A stretch of DNA of 45,040 nt from Candidatus Sumerlaeales bacterium (GCA_038243585.1 JBBSQY010000026.1:1-45040); one strand, 5' to 3'. Positions 1 to 9,567 are shown, counted from the stretch's first letter. Numbers and translations are program-made. The notes: generated from the letters alone by a model not told the origin.

Positions 1-1
1 C

Positions 2-709
2 GAAGGAAAATCCGTCTTTGAGACCAGCGCCTTTCATGAAGGATTATTTTATGCGCAGGACGAAGCTAGCCAGCTGGTAGCTCATGTCCTGGCTCCTCAG
101 GCAGGGGAGTCCATTTTAGATTTTTGTGCGGCACCGGGCGGAAAAGCGACGCACCTGGGAGAACTGGCCGGAGGCGCGGCGAATGTAACAGCCACAGACT
201 TATCGCCTGAGCGCCTGGAAAACGTACTCGAAAATATTGCGCGCCTGCGCAGCCCCGGCGTGCGGGTCACGCAACTTGATGAAGTAATGGAAAGCGGCAA
301 GCAGTTCGACGCCGTGCTGGTCGACGCCCCATGTTCAGGCCTCGGCACCATGCGCCGAAACCCAGAGATTCGATATCGTATTTCCGAGGAAGGCCTTAAC
401 CGCCAGCGCGTTCGGCAGTTGAACGTGCTCAACGAAGCCGCCCCCCTCGTATGCCAGGGAGGACGCCTGGTTTACAGCACATGCAGTATAAGCGACGTGG
501 AGAACAAGGGAACTATTACAGAATTTTTACGGGAAAACACAGGATGGGAAATCGTCTGTGACAGCGCCGCAACCGATCCTATTGACAAAGATCCGTCACA
601 ATCAAACTCCGCCCTTAAGGAAATAAGACGCCCCGACGGATTCTACGCCACCTGGCCCCGCCATCCGGAAATAGACGGCTTCGAAGCCGTCGTTTTAAGG
701 CGTCTATAG
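2..709 (+). CDS. rsmB: 16S rRNA (cytosine-C5) methyltransferase RsmB/Sun family, 5'-truncated by the window edge
   Basis: The frame is open from base 2 (EGKSVFETSAFHEGLFYAQDEASQLVAHVLAPQAGESILDFCAAPGGKATHL...) and continues into the 260..709 ORF. It carries QDxAS, DxCAAPGGK, DAPCSGLG and LVYSTCS motifs. Confidence 0.93.
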   Translation, partial: EGKSVFETSAFHEGLFYAQDEASQLVAHVLAPQAGESILDFCAAPGGKATHLGELAGGAANVTATDLSPERLENVLENIARLRSPGVRVTQLDEVMESGKQFDAVLVDAPCSGLGTMRRNPEIRYRISEEGLNRQRVRQLNVLNEAAPLVCQGGRLVYSTCSISDVENKGTITEFLRENTGWEIVCDSAATDPIDKDPSQSNSALKEIRRPDGFYATWPRHPEIDGFEAVVLRRL

Positions 710-792
710 GAACAACAGGTTTCGCGGCTCGGTAAAGGGCTCAAGTTTGGTGCAAATCACAGGAACATCATCCCATACCCAACTTCAGGGGA

Positions 793-1782
793 TTACTCAG
801 TCTCCCAGAATTCGGATTCTTCATGCATATCGTATTTGGCCGCAATTTTTGGGTCTGTGGTACTCAGTAACGTGTAATCCTTTGCAGTTGGTGCAACGGC
901 CTCCACCAGGACTCCGTCCTCTAACATTGCTCGCATCTCCGCAGCCCTGGCCTCACGGGTCACAGCTATTTCTGGGAGGCTTTGAGCATCCGGGGCAAGA
1001 GATTCGTTTTGCCATTTCCGCACAAAGCGCCGCCGCGACGAGCGGAATAATTCGGCGTATTTTTCCCGCACATAGGGATTCAGTTGTTCAGCAAAATCCT
1101 CGGACAACTCTAAATTTTTAATGAGCTCCTGCACATCGGAAAGATCTTTCAACCTGTCGGAACCAGACATGCCGGAAGCCAGCTTAAGTTCAATGAGAGC
1201 TGGCAGCGAAAGGATACAGATTCCGTCTTTTATTTCGCCAACATCCACAGGGTCGGGAAAGGCCACCGGTTTCGGTTTCCCGTCGCCGGGGAAGCCGCCG
1301 GTCACTAGAAACTCAATCTTGACTCCGGTCTCGGTGTCGCGAAGATTTTTACTACCCTGAAAAAGAGGGGCGTAGCCGAGGCCTTCGAGCTTTGCATGAA
1401 TGTCTTTTAAAACGGGAGCGGTAACAAGAATGTCGACATCTTCGGTAAACCGGCGAAAGCCATGCATGAAGAGTGCCATCCCTCCGACTACTGTGTAGGG
1501 CAAATTCAAAGAGTTAAGCTGTGCAGTTATCTTGTGCAAAGTCTTTTGGACATCGCCACCACCTTCAAAAAAACGACTGCCCTGGCTCAACGCCCACCGA
1601 CTATCGTCAAGCATTCGAGCTCCGTAGGTAAGGGTGGTCGCTGGAGAAACGTGACCGGACAGAGGCGATACCGATTTAATAGTAGACGTTTTACCAGAAT
1701 TGCGGTCTGCGTTCGCGTGCTGGTCATTTTTTTGAGCCCTTGGTACCATTTGACAGTGTTTAGGCATAGCCTGCAAGATCAT
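793..1782 (-). CDS. Nucleotidyltransferase-fold protein (GGxA...RxTxDxD type) with an extra C-terminal segment; true start probably downstream of 1782
   Basis: VVGGMALFMHGFRRFTEDVDILV, plus LIELKLAS and RLKDLSDV motifs typical of AbiEii-like/DUF nucleotidyltransferases. The first ~45 aa look unconserved. Confidence 0.7.
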   Translation of the reverse strand: MILQAMPKHCQMVPRAQKNDQHANADRNSGKTSTIKSVSPLSGHVSPATTLTYGARMLDDSRWALSQGSRFFEGGGDVQKTLHKITAQLNSLNLPYTVVGGMALFMHGFRRFTEDVDILVTAPVLKDIHAKLEGLGYAPLFQGSKNLRDTETGVKIEFLVTGGFPGDGKPKPVAFPDPVDVGEIKDGICILSLPALIELKLASGMSGSDRLKDLSDVQELIKNLELSEDFAEQLNPYVREKYAELFRSSRRRFVRKWQNESLAPDAQSLPEIAVTREARAAEMRAMLEDGVLVEAVAPTAKDYTLLSTTDPKIAAKYDMHEESEFWETE

Positions 1783-1911
1783 TCAATGAGGATTCCCGTA
1801 AAACAGGCACTGAAAAAGTCGTGACCTTGGCGTCGTTTCGTTTTTAATAAAGCTTTTCTGTCGCTGAGTAATTCCGGTTGGATCAAATCAGTCGCAGAAG
1901 TTAAGCTCCGT

Positions 1912-3831
1912 TTATCCCGCCATCCCTGACTCGTTCATGCGGCGATCGAGGTCAAAGGCGGCGCTGATAAGAGCCAGGTGGGTAAAGGCCTGGGGGAAGT
2001 TTCCAAGATGCTCTCCTCGCGGACCAAGTTCTTCGCCATACAAACCCAAATGGTTGGCGTACCCCAGCATCTTTTCAAAAAGAAAACGGGCCTGTTGAAG
2101 GTCGCCGCTTCGACTGAGGCATTCTACGTACCAGAAGCTGCACATACTAAAGGTGCCTTCAGCGCCATGGATTCCGTCGAGGGGATTAACAGTACTCTTC
2201 GACGACTTGTCACTGTCAGAACCATCGGCAACACCCGGCGGCATCATGAGTTTGGCTTCGGTTTTTTCCTTTTCGCCGGGAGGAAGATAACGATATACCA
2301 GGCTATCAGAGAGGAGGTGCTTTTCAACCGCGCGCAAGGTCGAGAGCCAGCGGGGATCGCGGGGACCGATAAAGCGCACCAAAGGCATCACCAGGCAGGA
2401 CGCGTCCATTACATCGCTGCCCTTGCTTTGAGTAAACGCCTGCAGCTCATCATTCCAGAAGTTTTCAAAAATATCGTTATAGATGTCGTCCCGTGCCGCC
2501 CTCCATTTTGCCAGTGGAGCAGGCAGAGAGCGCTTATTGGCCAGCCTGACGCCCCGATCAAGGGCGACCCAGTTCATCACTCGCGTAAACAAAAATTCCT
2601 TTTCGCCGCCCCGCACTTCCCAGATGCCGTGATCCGGCGTCCGCCAGTTGTCCGTCAGCCAGTCGAGGATTCGGGTGAGGTCCTTCCACATATCATAATT
2701 AATAGGACCTCCAAGTTTGTCATGGATGTAAACGGAGTCCATCAGCTCGCCATAGATGTCCAGCTGGGTCTGACTATAGGCACCGTTTCCGATCCGCACC
2801 GGGCTCGACTTCATATAGCCCTCAAGGTGCGGCAATTCAATTTCCGTAAGGTGGTGGCGGCCGTCAATGCCATACATCAGCTGGAGTCCGCCGTAGTCGG
2901 TGTTACTTTCTTCGCACCGCTTTTCCAGCCAACTCATGAATGCGTGGGCTTCGTCTGTAAAGCCCAGACGCATCAGCGCATAGAGTGTGAAAGAGCTATC
3001 GCGGATCCAGGTGTATCTATAATCCCAGTTGCGCACACCGCCAATTTCTTCCGGCAGACCAAACGTCGGGCTGGCGATGATTGATCCGTAACGGCGGGAA
3101 GTCAGAAGCTTAAGGACGAGCGCAGAACGGTTGACTATTTCTCTCCATCGACCCTGGTAGCTGGATTTGCTTACCCATTCCCGCCAAAAGTTCAGCGTGT
3201 CTTTAAATGCATCGATAGCGTAATGAGGGCTCTGAGTGGGGGATTGGTCCTCGGGCCGGGCCATCTCGAGCATGAAAGTCGCACTCTCTCCTGCCGGCAA
3301 CACAAATTCCGCCGCCGCGCCACCCTCACATTCCGTCATCTCCACCGTGGAATGAAGATACAAATCCGGCTGCGTAGAGTTTACACAGTTAAAATAAGCT
3401 CGGAATCCTTCTTTATCCACCAGCAGATGGTGGGCGCCCCGCGCATAGTCGAAGCGGGGAGAACAGCACATTCGGTAGCGGATGACGCCATGGACAGTCT
3501 TAACCCGGCGGATGAGAACACCATCAGACCGTTCCGCTGTCGCGTGCATGAAGTCAGAAATTTCCGCCACGCCCTCGTCGCTCAGAAACCGGGTGAGCAG
3601 TACGTTAGAATCCGGAAGGTACAACTGCTTCGTCGTAGAGCAGTCAAGCAAAGGTGCCAGCTCAAATTGGCCTCCGCCGTCGCTATCCAGCAGCGCAGCA
3701 AAAATGGTCGGAGAATCAAACTGCGGGAAACACATAAAATCAATCGAGCCGTTCATGCCCACCAAGGCGACCGTCTCGAGATCGCCAATGACGCCGTAAT
3801 TGCCAATAGGATGATACTTATTATCTTCCAT
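1912..3831 (-). CDS. Glycoside hydrolase family 15 (glucoamylase/trehalase-like)
   Basis: IGNYGVIGD, FDSPTIFAALLD, GGVRNWDYRYTWIRD, GIWEVRG, LGLYGEE and HLGNFPQAFTHLALI motifs. ATG 3831 is preferred because the ORF-track start (TTG 3876) lies inside the repeat array. Confidence 0.93.
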   Translation of the reverse strand: MEDNKYHPIGNYGVIGDLETVALVGMNGSIDFMCFPQFDSPTIFAALLDSDGGGQFELAPLLDCSTTKQLYLPDSNVLLTRFLSDEGVAEISDFMHATAERSDGVLIRRVKTVHGVIRYRMCCSPRFDYARGAHHLLVDKEGFRAYFNCVNSTQPDLYLHSTVEMTECEGGAAAEFVLPAGESATFMLEMARPEDQSPTQSPHYAIDAFKDTLNFWREWVSKSSYQGRWREIVNRSALVLKLLTSRRYGSIIASPTFGLPEEIGGVRNWDYRYTWIRDSSFTLYALMRLGFTDEAHAFMSWLEKRCEESNTDYGGLQLMYGIDGRHHLTEIELPHLEGYMKSSPVRIGNGAYSQTQLDIYGELMDSVYIHDKLGGPINYDMWKDLTRILDWLTDNWRTPDHGIWEVRGGEKEFLFTRVMNWVALDRGVRLANKRSLPAPLAKWRAARDDIYNDIFENFWNDELQAFTQSKGSDVMDASCLVMPLVRFIGPRDPRWLSTLRAVEKHLLSDSLVYRYLPPGEKEKTEAKLMMPPGVADGSDSDKSSKSTVNPLDGIHGAEGTFSMCSFWYVECLSRSGDLQQARFLFEKMLGYANHLGLYGEELGPRGEHLGNFPQAFTHLALISAAFDLDRRMNESGMAG

Positions 3832-3854
3832 CAGAAACCAGGCCGTCCATAAAT

Positions 3855-3980
3855 CCAGGTAGGGATGGCTCGCCAAGCCGTCCGCGTATCGATCAGCCAG
3901 ATCGGAATGGCTCGCCGAGCCGTCCGCGTATCGATCAGCCAGGTAGGGATGGCTCGCCGAGCCGTCCGCGTATCAATCAT
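3855..3980. repeat. Three tandem 42-bp REP-like palindromic units
   Basis: Units 3855-3896, 3897-3938 and 3939-3980, consensus CCAGGTAGGGATGGCTCGCCGAGCCGTCCGCGTATCGATCAG: GTAG followed by the hairpin GGATGGCTCG/CGAGCCGTCC. Confidence 0.9.
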
Positions 3981-3981
3981 A

Positions 3982-4416
3982 TTATATCCCTGGACCACCC
4001 ATTAGATATGGATACGGAGGATAAATATACCCCGCACCCCAATACGGCGCAATTCCATAGTAAGCGTAAACATCTCCAGCATAGGGTTGAACAGTCGTGA
4101 TCTCCGGATGATAACCAGGCGCGTCTCTTACATGGGCGACAGTCATATCCACATCTACCTCATCATCCTTAATGGCGGTAACCGCGTCCACAGGAATCCA
4201 GAATTTCTTTTCCCCAATACCTAAAAATCCGCCGGCCACCACCACGAGAAACCGGACTTTCTTGTGCTCTTCGTCCACCATCAGGTCGTCGATATGTCCG
4301 ATATCCTCCCCCGCCGCGTCTCTAACAGAAGAGCCACGTACATCCTCCTCGGAGTGTTCTAAAGTGAGATTTGTATCGGACAATCTGACCAGCGCGTTCA
4401 ATTCAGGAGCGTCCAT
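3982..4416 (-). CDS. PRC-barrel domain protein
   Basis: DVRGSSVRDAAGEDIGHIDDLMVD...VRFLVV..GGFLGIGEK..IP is the PRC-barrel pattern, followed by a YYG..PYW tail. ATG 4416 has an AAGGA RBS upstream. Confidence 0.88.
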   Translation of the reverse strand: MDAPELNALVRLSDTNLTLEHSEEDVRGSSVRDAAGEDIGHIDDLMVDEEHKKVRFLVVVAGGFLGIGEKKFWIPVDAVTAIKDDEVDVDMTVAHVRDAPGYHPEITTVQPYAGDVYAYYGIAPYWGAGYIYPPYPYLMGGPGI

Positions 4417-4521
4417 TGCAGTATCCTTTCCAGAGGGAAATTCGATCCGACAAACTATTGAGCTATGACCTAAACATAACCTTAGTATACGCCATTTGAA
4501 AGCAAATGCTATATAATTGAC

Positions 4522-4545
4522 GTAGCATAGGCGTCCTGCCGATGT
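4522..4545 (+). repeat. Single copy of a second REP-like family (GTAGCATAGGCGTCC...)
   Basis: GTAGCATAGGCGTCCTGCCGATGT closely matches the copies at 40069-40092 and 40106-40129. Confidence 0.65.
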
Positions 4546-4760
4546 AAATTGTTTTATTAACAATCATCCTGAAATAGAACAAGAATAAATCCGTTCAAAA
4601 AGAACCACCTTTTTATTGGTCTGATTCTTATTTGTTGCAAATAAATATTCCTTCGATGCCGGCGAATATATTCCAATCTTTTCCTTGACGGTTAGGCCGC
4701 GGCAAGCATAGATATTACGGATATAGGCTTATATCATATTTAATTAGGAGGTGGCACTCA

Positions 4761-5456
4761 GTGAAAAAATTATCATCTGGCTTCACGCTGATCGAGTTGC
4801 TGATTGTTGTGGCCATTATTGCCATACTGGCAGCAATCGCAGTCCCAAATTTTCTGGAGGCGCAGACCAGGGCGAAAAATGCAAGGATCGTTTCGGACAT
4901 GCGCGCACTAGGTACGGCGATCGAAACGTATATTATTGATAACAACGCAGCCGCACCTGAAGCGGGAAAAGGCGGATATCCTGCAGTCCCCTTACTTTTT
5001 GGAAAAACTGGAAGTTGGACTGGCATTCTTAACCAAGCAATTACGACGCCAATAGCTTACATGAATACTTTTGAAATCGAGGACCCTTATTTCCAAGGCC
5101 AGGATGTCAATTCCGACGAGAGAACATTTACTTACCAGGCATACACATGGCGCTGGCCAAAAGCTAAGCCAAGCGCCGTTCCTGATTCAACAGTGATACC
5201 TTTTAATGATGGTGGCCTAACGGATATTAACGGACGCACTATGACTGGGACAACGTTTAAAGATATTTTCGGAATGTATCGTATGTGGTCTGTCGGTCCT
5301 GACAAACAGTGGGATAACAAAACCGGTGCGCCAACTATTAGTAGTCCTGCCCCGGTAACAATGCCTTATGACGCCACCAACGGATCGATAAGCTTAGGTA
5401 ATATCGTAAGGTCGCAAAAGGGCAGCGGCGATCAGGCGTGGTTCAAAACACCATAA
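4761..5456 (+). CDS. Prepilin-type N-terminal cleavage/methylation protein (PulG/type IV pilin-like), paralog 1
   Basis: Class III signal MKKLSSG/FTLIELLIVVAIIAILAAIAVPNF with Glu at +5. GTG start follows an AGGAGGT RBS. C-terminal WSVGPD...YDATNGSISLGNIVR. Confidence 0.9.
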   Translation: MKKLSSGFTLIELLIVVAIIAILAAIAVPNFLEAQTRAKNARIVSDMRALGTAIETYIIDNNAAAPEAGKGGYPAVPLLFGKTGSWTGILNQAITTPIAYMNTFEIEDPYFQGQDVNSDERTFTYQAYTWRWPKAKPSAVPDSTVIPFNDGGLTDINGRTMTGTTFKDIFGMYRMWSVGPDKQWDNKTGAPTISSPAPVTMPYDATNGSISLGNIVRSQKGSGDQAWFKTP

Positions 5457-5485
5457 AGTTTTCGCGATGATCTTAAATTTTTCTG

Positions 5486-5519
5486 AGCCGACAGATCACA
5501 CTTTCTGTCGGCTTTTTTT
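5486..5519 (+). terminator. Intrinsic terminator between convergent genes
   Basis: AGCCGACAGA / TCTGTCGGCT stem followed by a T run. Confidence 0.8.
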
Positions 5520-6738
5520 ATTCCACCACGATGATCCGGACGCTTTCGTTGCCGCCGTTAGTAGATACAGGCGTGATGGCAGCCAGGGCCGACCGCAGGC
5601 GGTCTTCGTTACCGGCGTAAAATTGAATGGACTGGTTGCGGGAAACATTGACCTGCTTCTGAGTCGCCAAAGCGTTCACAATGACGCCGTCGGACGGCGC
5701 CTGGTAGGGCGTCAGGGTCTGGGTCATGCGGCGCATGGAACCAGTAGGCAGTTCCAGAGTGTATAATCTATACCGCTGACCGCCCATGGCAAACTGATCC
5801 TGCCGCGCCACCCGGCCACCCGGCTGGGTTTCCCCCATAGCTTTCACGGCCGCCGCCAGCGCAGATTCCCGAAACCCGCCAGGAGTGTTCGGGCTGTCCG
5901 TTGGCTTTAAAACCAGCGCCGCTATCTGGGGCTGAGCGTTTTCTGCCGGGCCCGGAATCGCCTCTTCAGTCGCCCGGGCCAGCGCTGCCACAGTAGAATC
6001 CGCCGATGCCATCCATACCCGGGCATTGGTTATGATTTCCGTAACAGCTTGGGTTCCTGGCAACGGACCGGCCGGAGCCTGAAAACCCGCTGTCATAACA
6101 GGCGTTCTCGCCGCCAACACGGGCGGCGGCATTACAGGTAGTTTTCCCGGCAACTGATAGGGATCAGGTTTCCCAAGGGCCGAATCCACGGCGGACCATA
6201 CCAGCTGCTGCGCCTGATCCGCCATGGGTATGCCTTGAAACTGTCCGGTATAAAGCGCGCCTACGCCAGCGACGACGAGAAATCCCGTGGCCAGGACCGG
6301 GGAACCGCGCCGCCAGACCTTGCGTACACGTCCAGGGCGGGGCACCACGACGCCAGCGAAAACCGGAAGATCATCGTTCTGTGTAGCAAGGGACCCGAGA
6401 CCGGCGACGGATGCCGCGGACGTTCGCGATTTCGGGCTGAGGATATCCGCAACAGTAGGGTCTTCACTCGGCGTGGTGGTCCGTTCCCGGTGGTCCCGGA
6501 CCGCTTGAGAAAGTATACGAGATCGCAAATCCGACGGCGCGACAAGGCGTGGCACCATTTTCATTCTGGCGGTGATTCGCTCTTCCGCCTCTAATATCTG
6601 GCGGCAGTCGTCACAGGTTTCAATATGATCAAAAAGCGCCAGACGATCCTGAGGCGCAAGGGCAGCGCCTGAGATCTGGTGCTCCAGCATATCCTGAAAA
6701 TAACTATGGTCGCGCGGGGACATCGGGGGGTTGGACAA
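5518..6738 (-). CDS. Zinc-finger (ZAS) anti-sigma factor, single-pass membrane protein
   Basis: HIETCDDC (HxxxCxxC) near the N-terminus and a hydrophobic segment (VLATGFLVVAGVGALY). It lies downstream of an ECF sigma factor on the same strand. Start could be 6738 or 6723. Confidence 0.82.
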   Translation of the reverse strand: MSNPPMSPRDHSYFQDMLEHQISGAALAPQDRLALFDHIETCDDCRQILEAEERITARMKMVPRLVAPSDLRSRILSQAVRDHRERTTTPSEDPTVADILSPKSRTSAASVAGLGSLATQNDDLPVFAGVVVPRPGRVRKVWRRGSPVLATGFLVVAGVGALYTGQFQGIPMADQAQQLVWSAVDSALGKPDPYQLPGKLPVMPPPVLAARTPVMTAGFQAPAGPLPGTQAVTEIITNARVWMASADSTVAALARATEEAIPGPAENAQPQIAALVLKPTDSPNTPGGFRESALAAAVKAMGETQPGGRVARQDQFAMGGQRYRLYTLELPTGSMRRMTQTLTPYQAPSDGVIVNALATQKQVNVSRNQSIQFYAGNEDRLRSALAAITPVSTNGGNESVRIIVVE

Positions 6739-7001
6739 CGGCGGCGGGGAACGGTTTGGAACCTGTAAGGGAAAATACCGAGATCAGTTAAAAAACTTAA
6801 CACCAAAGTACGAAGTCAGGATGCGCCGTGGAGGACTACCTGCACGAAAAAAACCGTCCGAAGACGGTTATTATCGACGTAACTTACCACCAAAAGAGTT
6901 TATCCTTTGGTTTACCATGAAACGGCAGGCGTTTCAACTCACTGCTAGCACACCGCATCTTCCAGTCTCGGTTGAGAGGCGATGCCCGTGTTATATGCCA
7001 G

Positions 7002-7676
7002 TTACAGGTACTCCGTCATCACATCACGCAGTTCATTGCGTGCGCGGTGGATCCGACTTTTTACGGTGCCAAGGCTCAAGCCGAGGATATCCGAAATTTC
7101 TTCGTAAGACAGTTCTTCCATGTAGCGGAGAACAAGCACTTCACGATGTTCGCCGTTCAGGGTTTCAAGCTGCTTCTCAAAATAAGCCATAGCTTCGCGG
7201 TCCGCCGCGACTTTGCGCGGGGTTGGCTGGCTGTCGGGGAACTGTTTTACGCGTTCTTCATCATCGGCGTCCATAGGAGCGTCCATGCTGGTCATGCGAT
7301 TCATCCCGCGGCTTTGTTGATACTTCCAACGATTCTTAGCCGTGTTCACGGTGATACGATAGAGCCAGGTAGACAGAGCGGAATCGCCTTTGAAATTGGC
7401 TATTTTGCGGAAACAGTTAAGGAAGACTTCCTGCGTAAGATCAAGGGCTTCTTCGTAGTTGCCCATAAGGCGAAACGCCGTGTTAAACACCCGGTCCTGG
7501 TGGGTGCTGATCAACTCGTCAAAAGCCTGGCTGTCGCCAGCCTTGCAGCTTGTGATCAACTGAGCTTCCGTCTGAGTTTCAGTTCCAGCGGCACCGGCAA
7601 CGGCGCCCGTAAATACATTACTTAGAGTCTCGGCACTCATATTTCCCAACCTCCCGCCTTTGCCCCGCAGGCTCAT
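7002..7676 (-). CDS. ECF RNA polymerase sigma factor (SigW/RpoE-like)
   Basis: Region 2 (DLTQEVFL, FKGDSALSTWLYRITVN) and region 4 (LSYEEISDILGLSLGTVKSRIHRAR). Confidence 0.95.
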   Translation of the reverse strand: MSLRGKGGRLGNMSAETLSNVFTGAVAGAAGTETQTEAQLITSCKAGDSQAFDELISTHQDRVFNTAFRLMGNYEEALDLTQEVFLNCFRKIANFKGDSALSTWLYRITVNTAKNRWKYQQSRGMNRMTSMDAPMDADDEERVKQFPDSQPTPRKVAADREAMAYFEKQLETLNGEHREVLVLRYMEELSYEEISDILGLSLGTVKSRIHRARNELRDVMTEYL

Positions 7677-7991
7677 TAAAACCTATTCAATAAGCAAACA
7701 GACCATTCAAAGGCGCAATTTGAACTTCAATACTACTGATTCATCACCCGAATTTCTCCCTGTAAAGAGAGAAATGCAGCAGTGGGTGAGTCATCAACTA
7801 TGTTAGTTACCAAGACCCGTGCCGGAAATTGCATGAACCGGACAAGCGATGGTCTAATGTTAAATCCGCTTGACAAACAAGTGGCCTGAATCAAATAACA
7901 AGTCCAAATTACGCTCTGCCTTCAAATTAATGCGTGAAGCCGGTTGTGGATGAAATTAATCTATAAATATTTTAAAAGCAGGAGATGCTAA

Positions 7992-9488
7992 GTGATAAAG
8001 AAATTATTAGGCACGGCAGCGATTTTCGCTGCGCTTGGGTCCGCCGGAGCGGTAGTTATAGTAGACGGTGTAGCTAACGGTGATGTCGATGGTCTGTCGC
8101 CCTTTGAGACCCTGCAGGCTGCGGTACAGTTTGCCAATTCCGGTATTGAGACCGTAATCGAAATACGGACTAATGAGCTACCCGGCGGCTTATATTTTGC
8201 CGACACGCCGTTAAACCACGATCTGACCATTCAGGCAGGTGCTGGGTTTACCCCGGTCATTAAAGATGCAGTGCACTTCCTGCCAACGAATGAAGTCAAC
8301 CTGGTGACCTTAAAAGACATCACAATTTCAACAAACCTGGATTTGCCAGTAGATGCCCCGACGACCGGCGCGCTACACGTAGGCTGCAACCTGACAGCCA
8401 TCAATTGTATCTTCAACAGCAACTGGGAAACCCTTGCAAAAAACTTTGCTGTTTCCTGCGCCGTACCTAGCGCAGGAACTGTTTCCACTCTTACCATGAC
8501 GTCCTGTACGCTTAAAGGGCAGGGTGGTCTGGAAACTGGACGCGCTGCGCGTGAGCATTTCCTTGATCGATGCCTGATCGACGCTTATCAGCCGACCGGT
8601 GAATCCTTTCAAGCCCTTGGCATAACAAACGCGCGAAATTTCCGGAGCGGCCCTAAACTCACATCAGGCGGCCAGCCTGTGGATGCGCGTATGGATGGCG
8701 CCGCAGGGTTCTTTGTTATTGAACAACCTCGCAATGTTACATTAAAAGACACTATTGTCCGTGCCGGAACGGTGATCGCCTGGCCCACTTCCAAAGAAAG
8801 TGGTACGTATAATACGAATGCAAACAACGTGTTCGGCCGTATCACTGCCACAAACTGCGTCTTCGACACCGTTCGCAATCCGGAAAAACAAGCGTGGCCT
8901 TCTGGATTTGGTGCTAGCACGTTGCCCGATAATCAGGACATTAATTGTGCTTTTACTCACTGTACTTTTCGTGCAACCAGCCCTGCGGAAACAACAGTGG
9001 CTGCGCAAATGAAAGCAGCCAATGGATTAATCTATTTTCCGACTAACGATCTGGGCACACCAATCGTTAACTTTACAAACTGCCTGTTTGACGCTCCATC
9101 CGTCGACTACCTTATGTTCGATGTATCCACCCACACAGCTTTGTCGGGCGATGGAAACACCTACCACTATCTAAAAAACAGCACGCATCACCGTGGTGTC
9201 ATATCTGGTGGCGGAACTTATCCTGCTCGGACACCCTTTGAACTCACTCAACGGACAGATATTACAGAGCTCACCCTAAGCTCACCGACATTCGTTGATA
9301 GCGATGGGAACATTGTAATTGTCGATCCGCGGATCGTTGCCAATGCGGTCCCAACTGTGCCCGCAGTGACGAAAGACATCCACGGTGACTCACGCCCAAT
9401 GCCTGTGTCTGCTCTAAAATCTGATATTGGTGCTGACGAAATCGACGAAACCCCACGTGCGTCGGTTAATGACTGGTCGGTTTACTAA
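7992..9488 (+). CDS. Secreted protein with probable right-handed beta-helix (pectin-lyase-like) fold and C-terminal VxDWxxY motif
   Basis: GTG start after AGGAG and a Sec signal peptide ending ..GSAGA. PFETLQAAV, recurrent TxxNCxF rungs and DIHGDSRP...SDIGADE (resembles the choice-of-anchor-Q-type ending of beta-helix proteins). Ends SVNDWSVY. Confidence 0.75.
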   Translation: MIKKLLGTAAIFAALGSAGAVVIVDGVANGDVDGLSPFETLQAAVQFANSGIETVIEIRTNELPGGLYFADTPLNHDLTIQAGAGFTPVIKDAVHFLPTNEVNLVTLKDITISTNLDLPVDAPTTGALHVGCNLTAINCIFNSNWETLAKNFAVSCAVPSAGTVSTLTMTSCTLKGQGGLETGRAAREHFLDRCLIDAYQPTGESFQALGITNARNFRSGPKLTSGGQPVDARMDGAAGFFVIEQPRNVTLKDTIVRAGTVIAWPTSKESGTYNTNANNVFGRITATNCVFDTVRNPEKQAWPSGFGASTLPDNQDINCAFTHCTFRATSPAETTVAAQMKAANGLIYFPTNDLGTPIVNFTNCLFDAPSVDYLMFDVSTHTALSGDGNTYHYLKNSTHHRGVISGGGTYPARTPFELTQRTDITELTLSSPTFVDSDGNIVIVDPRIVANAVPTVPAVTKDIHGDSRPMPVSALKSDIGADEIDETPRASVNDWSVY

Positions 9489-9521
9489 TCAGGTCTATTA
9501 ACCAATCTACTTCAGTTTGCT

Positions 9522-9567
9522 ACCCAGCCGGATACGCTAAATTATTCCGGCATTCGGCTGGGTTTTT
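9522..9567 (+). terminator. Probable intrinsic terminator (large loop)
   Basis: ACCCAGCCGGA / TTCGGCTGGGT stem followed by Ts. Confidence 0.6.

Noticed and set aside
1978..3852. Long + strand ORFs 1978..3084 and 3223..3852
   Set aside because: Antisense shadows of the GH15 gene with no recognisable motifs.
3855..3980. Possible CRISPR mini-array
   Set aside because: The units abut without unique spacers and no cas genes are in the window; a REP-like tandem fits better.
4685..4716. Sigma-70 promoters at TTGACG/TTGACA hexamers (4685, 7870, 16572, 35456)
   Set aside because: The -35 matches are good but I found no convincing -10 at canonical spacing.
9462..9488. Reading the C-terminal motif as PEP-CTERM, LPXTG, T9SS CTD or an OMP beta-signal
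   Set aside because: No TM helix or basic tail, too short for a T9SS CTD, and the proteins do not look like beta-barrels.
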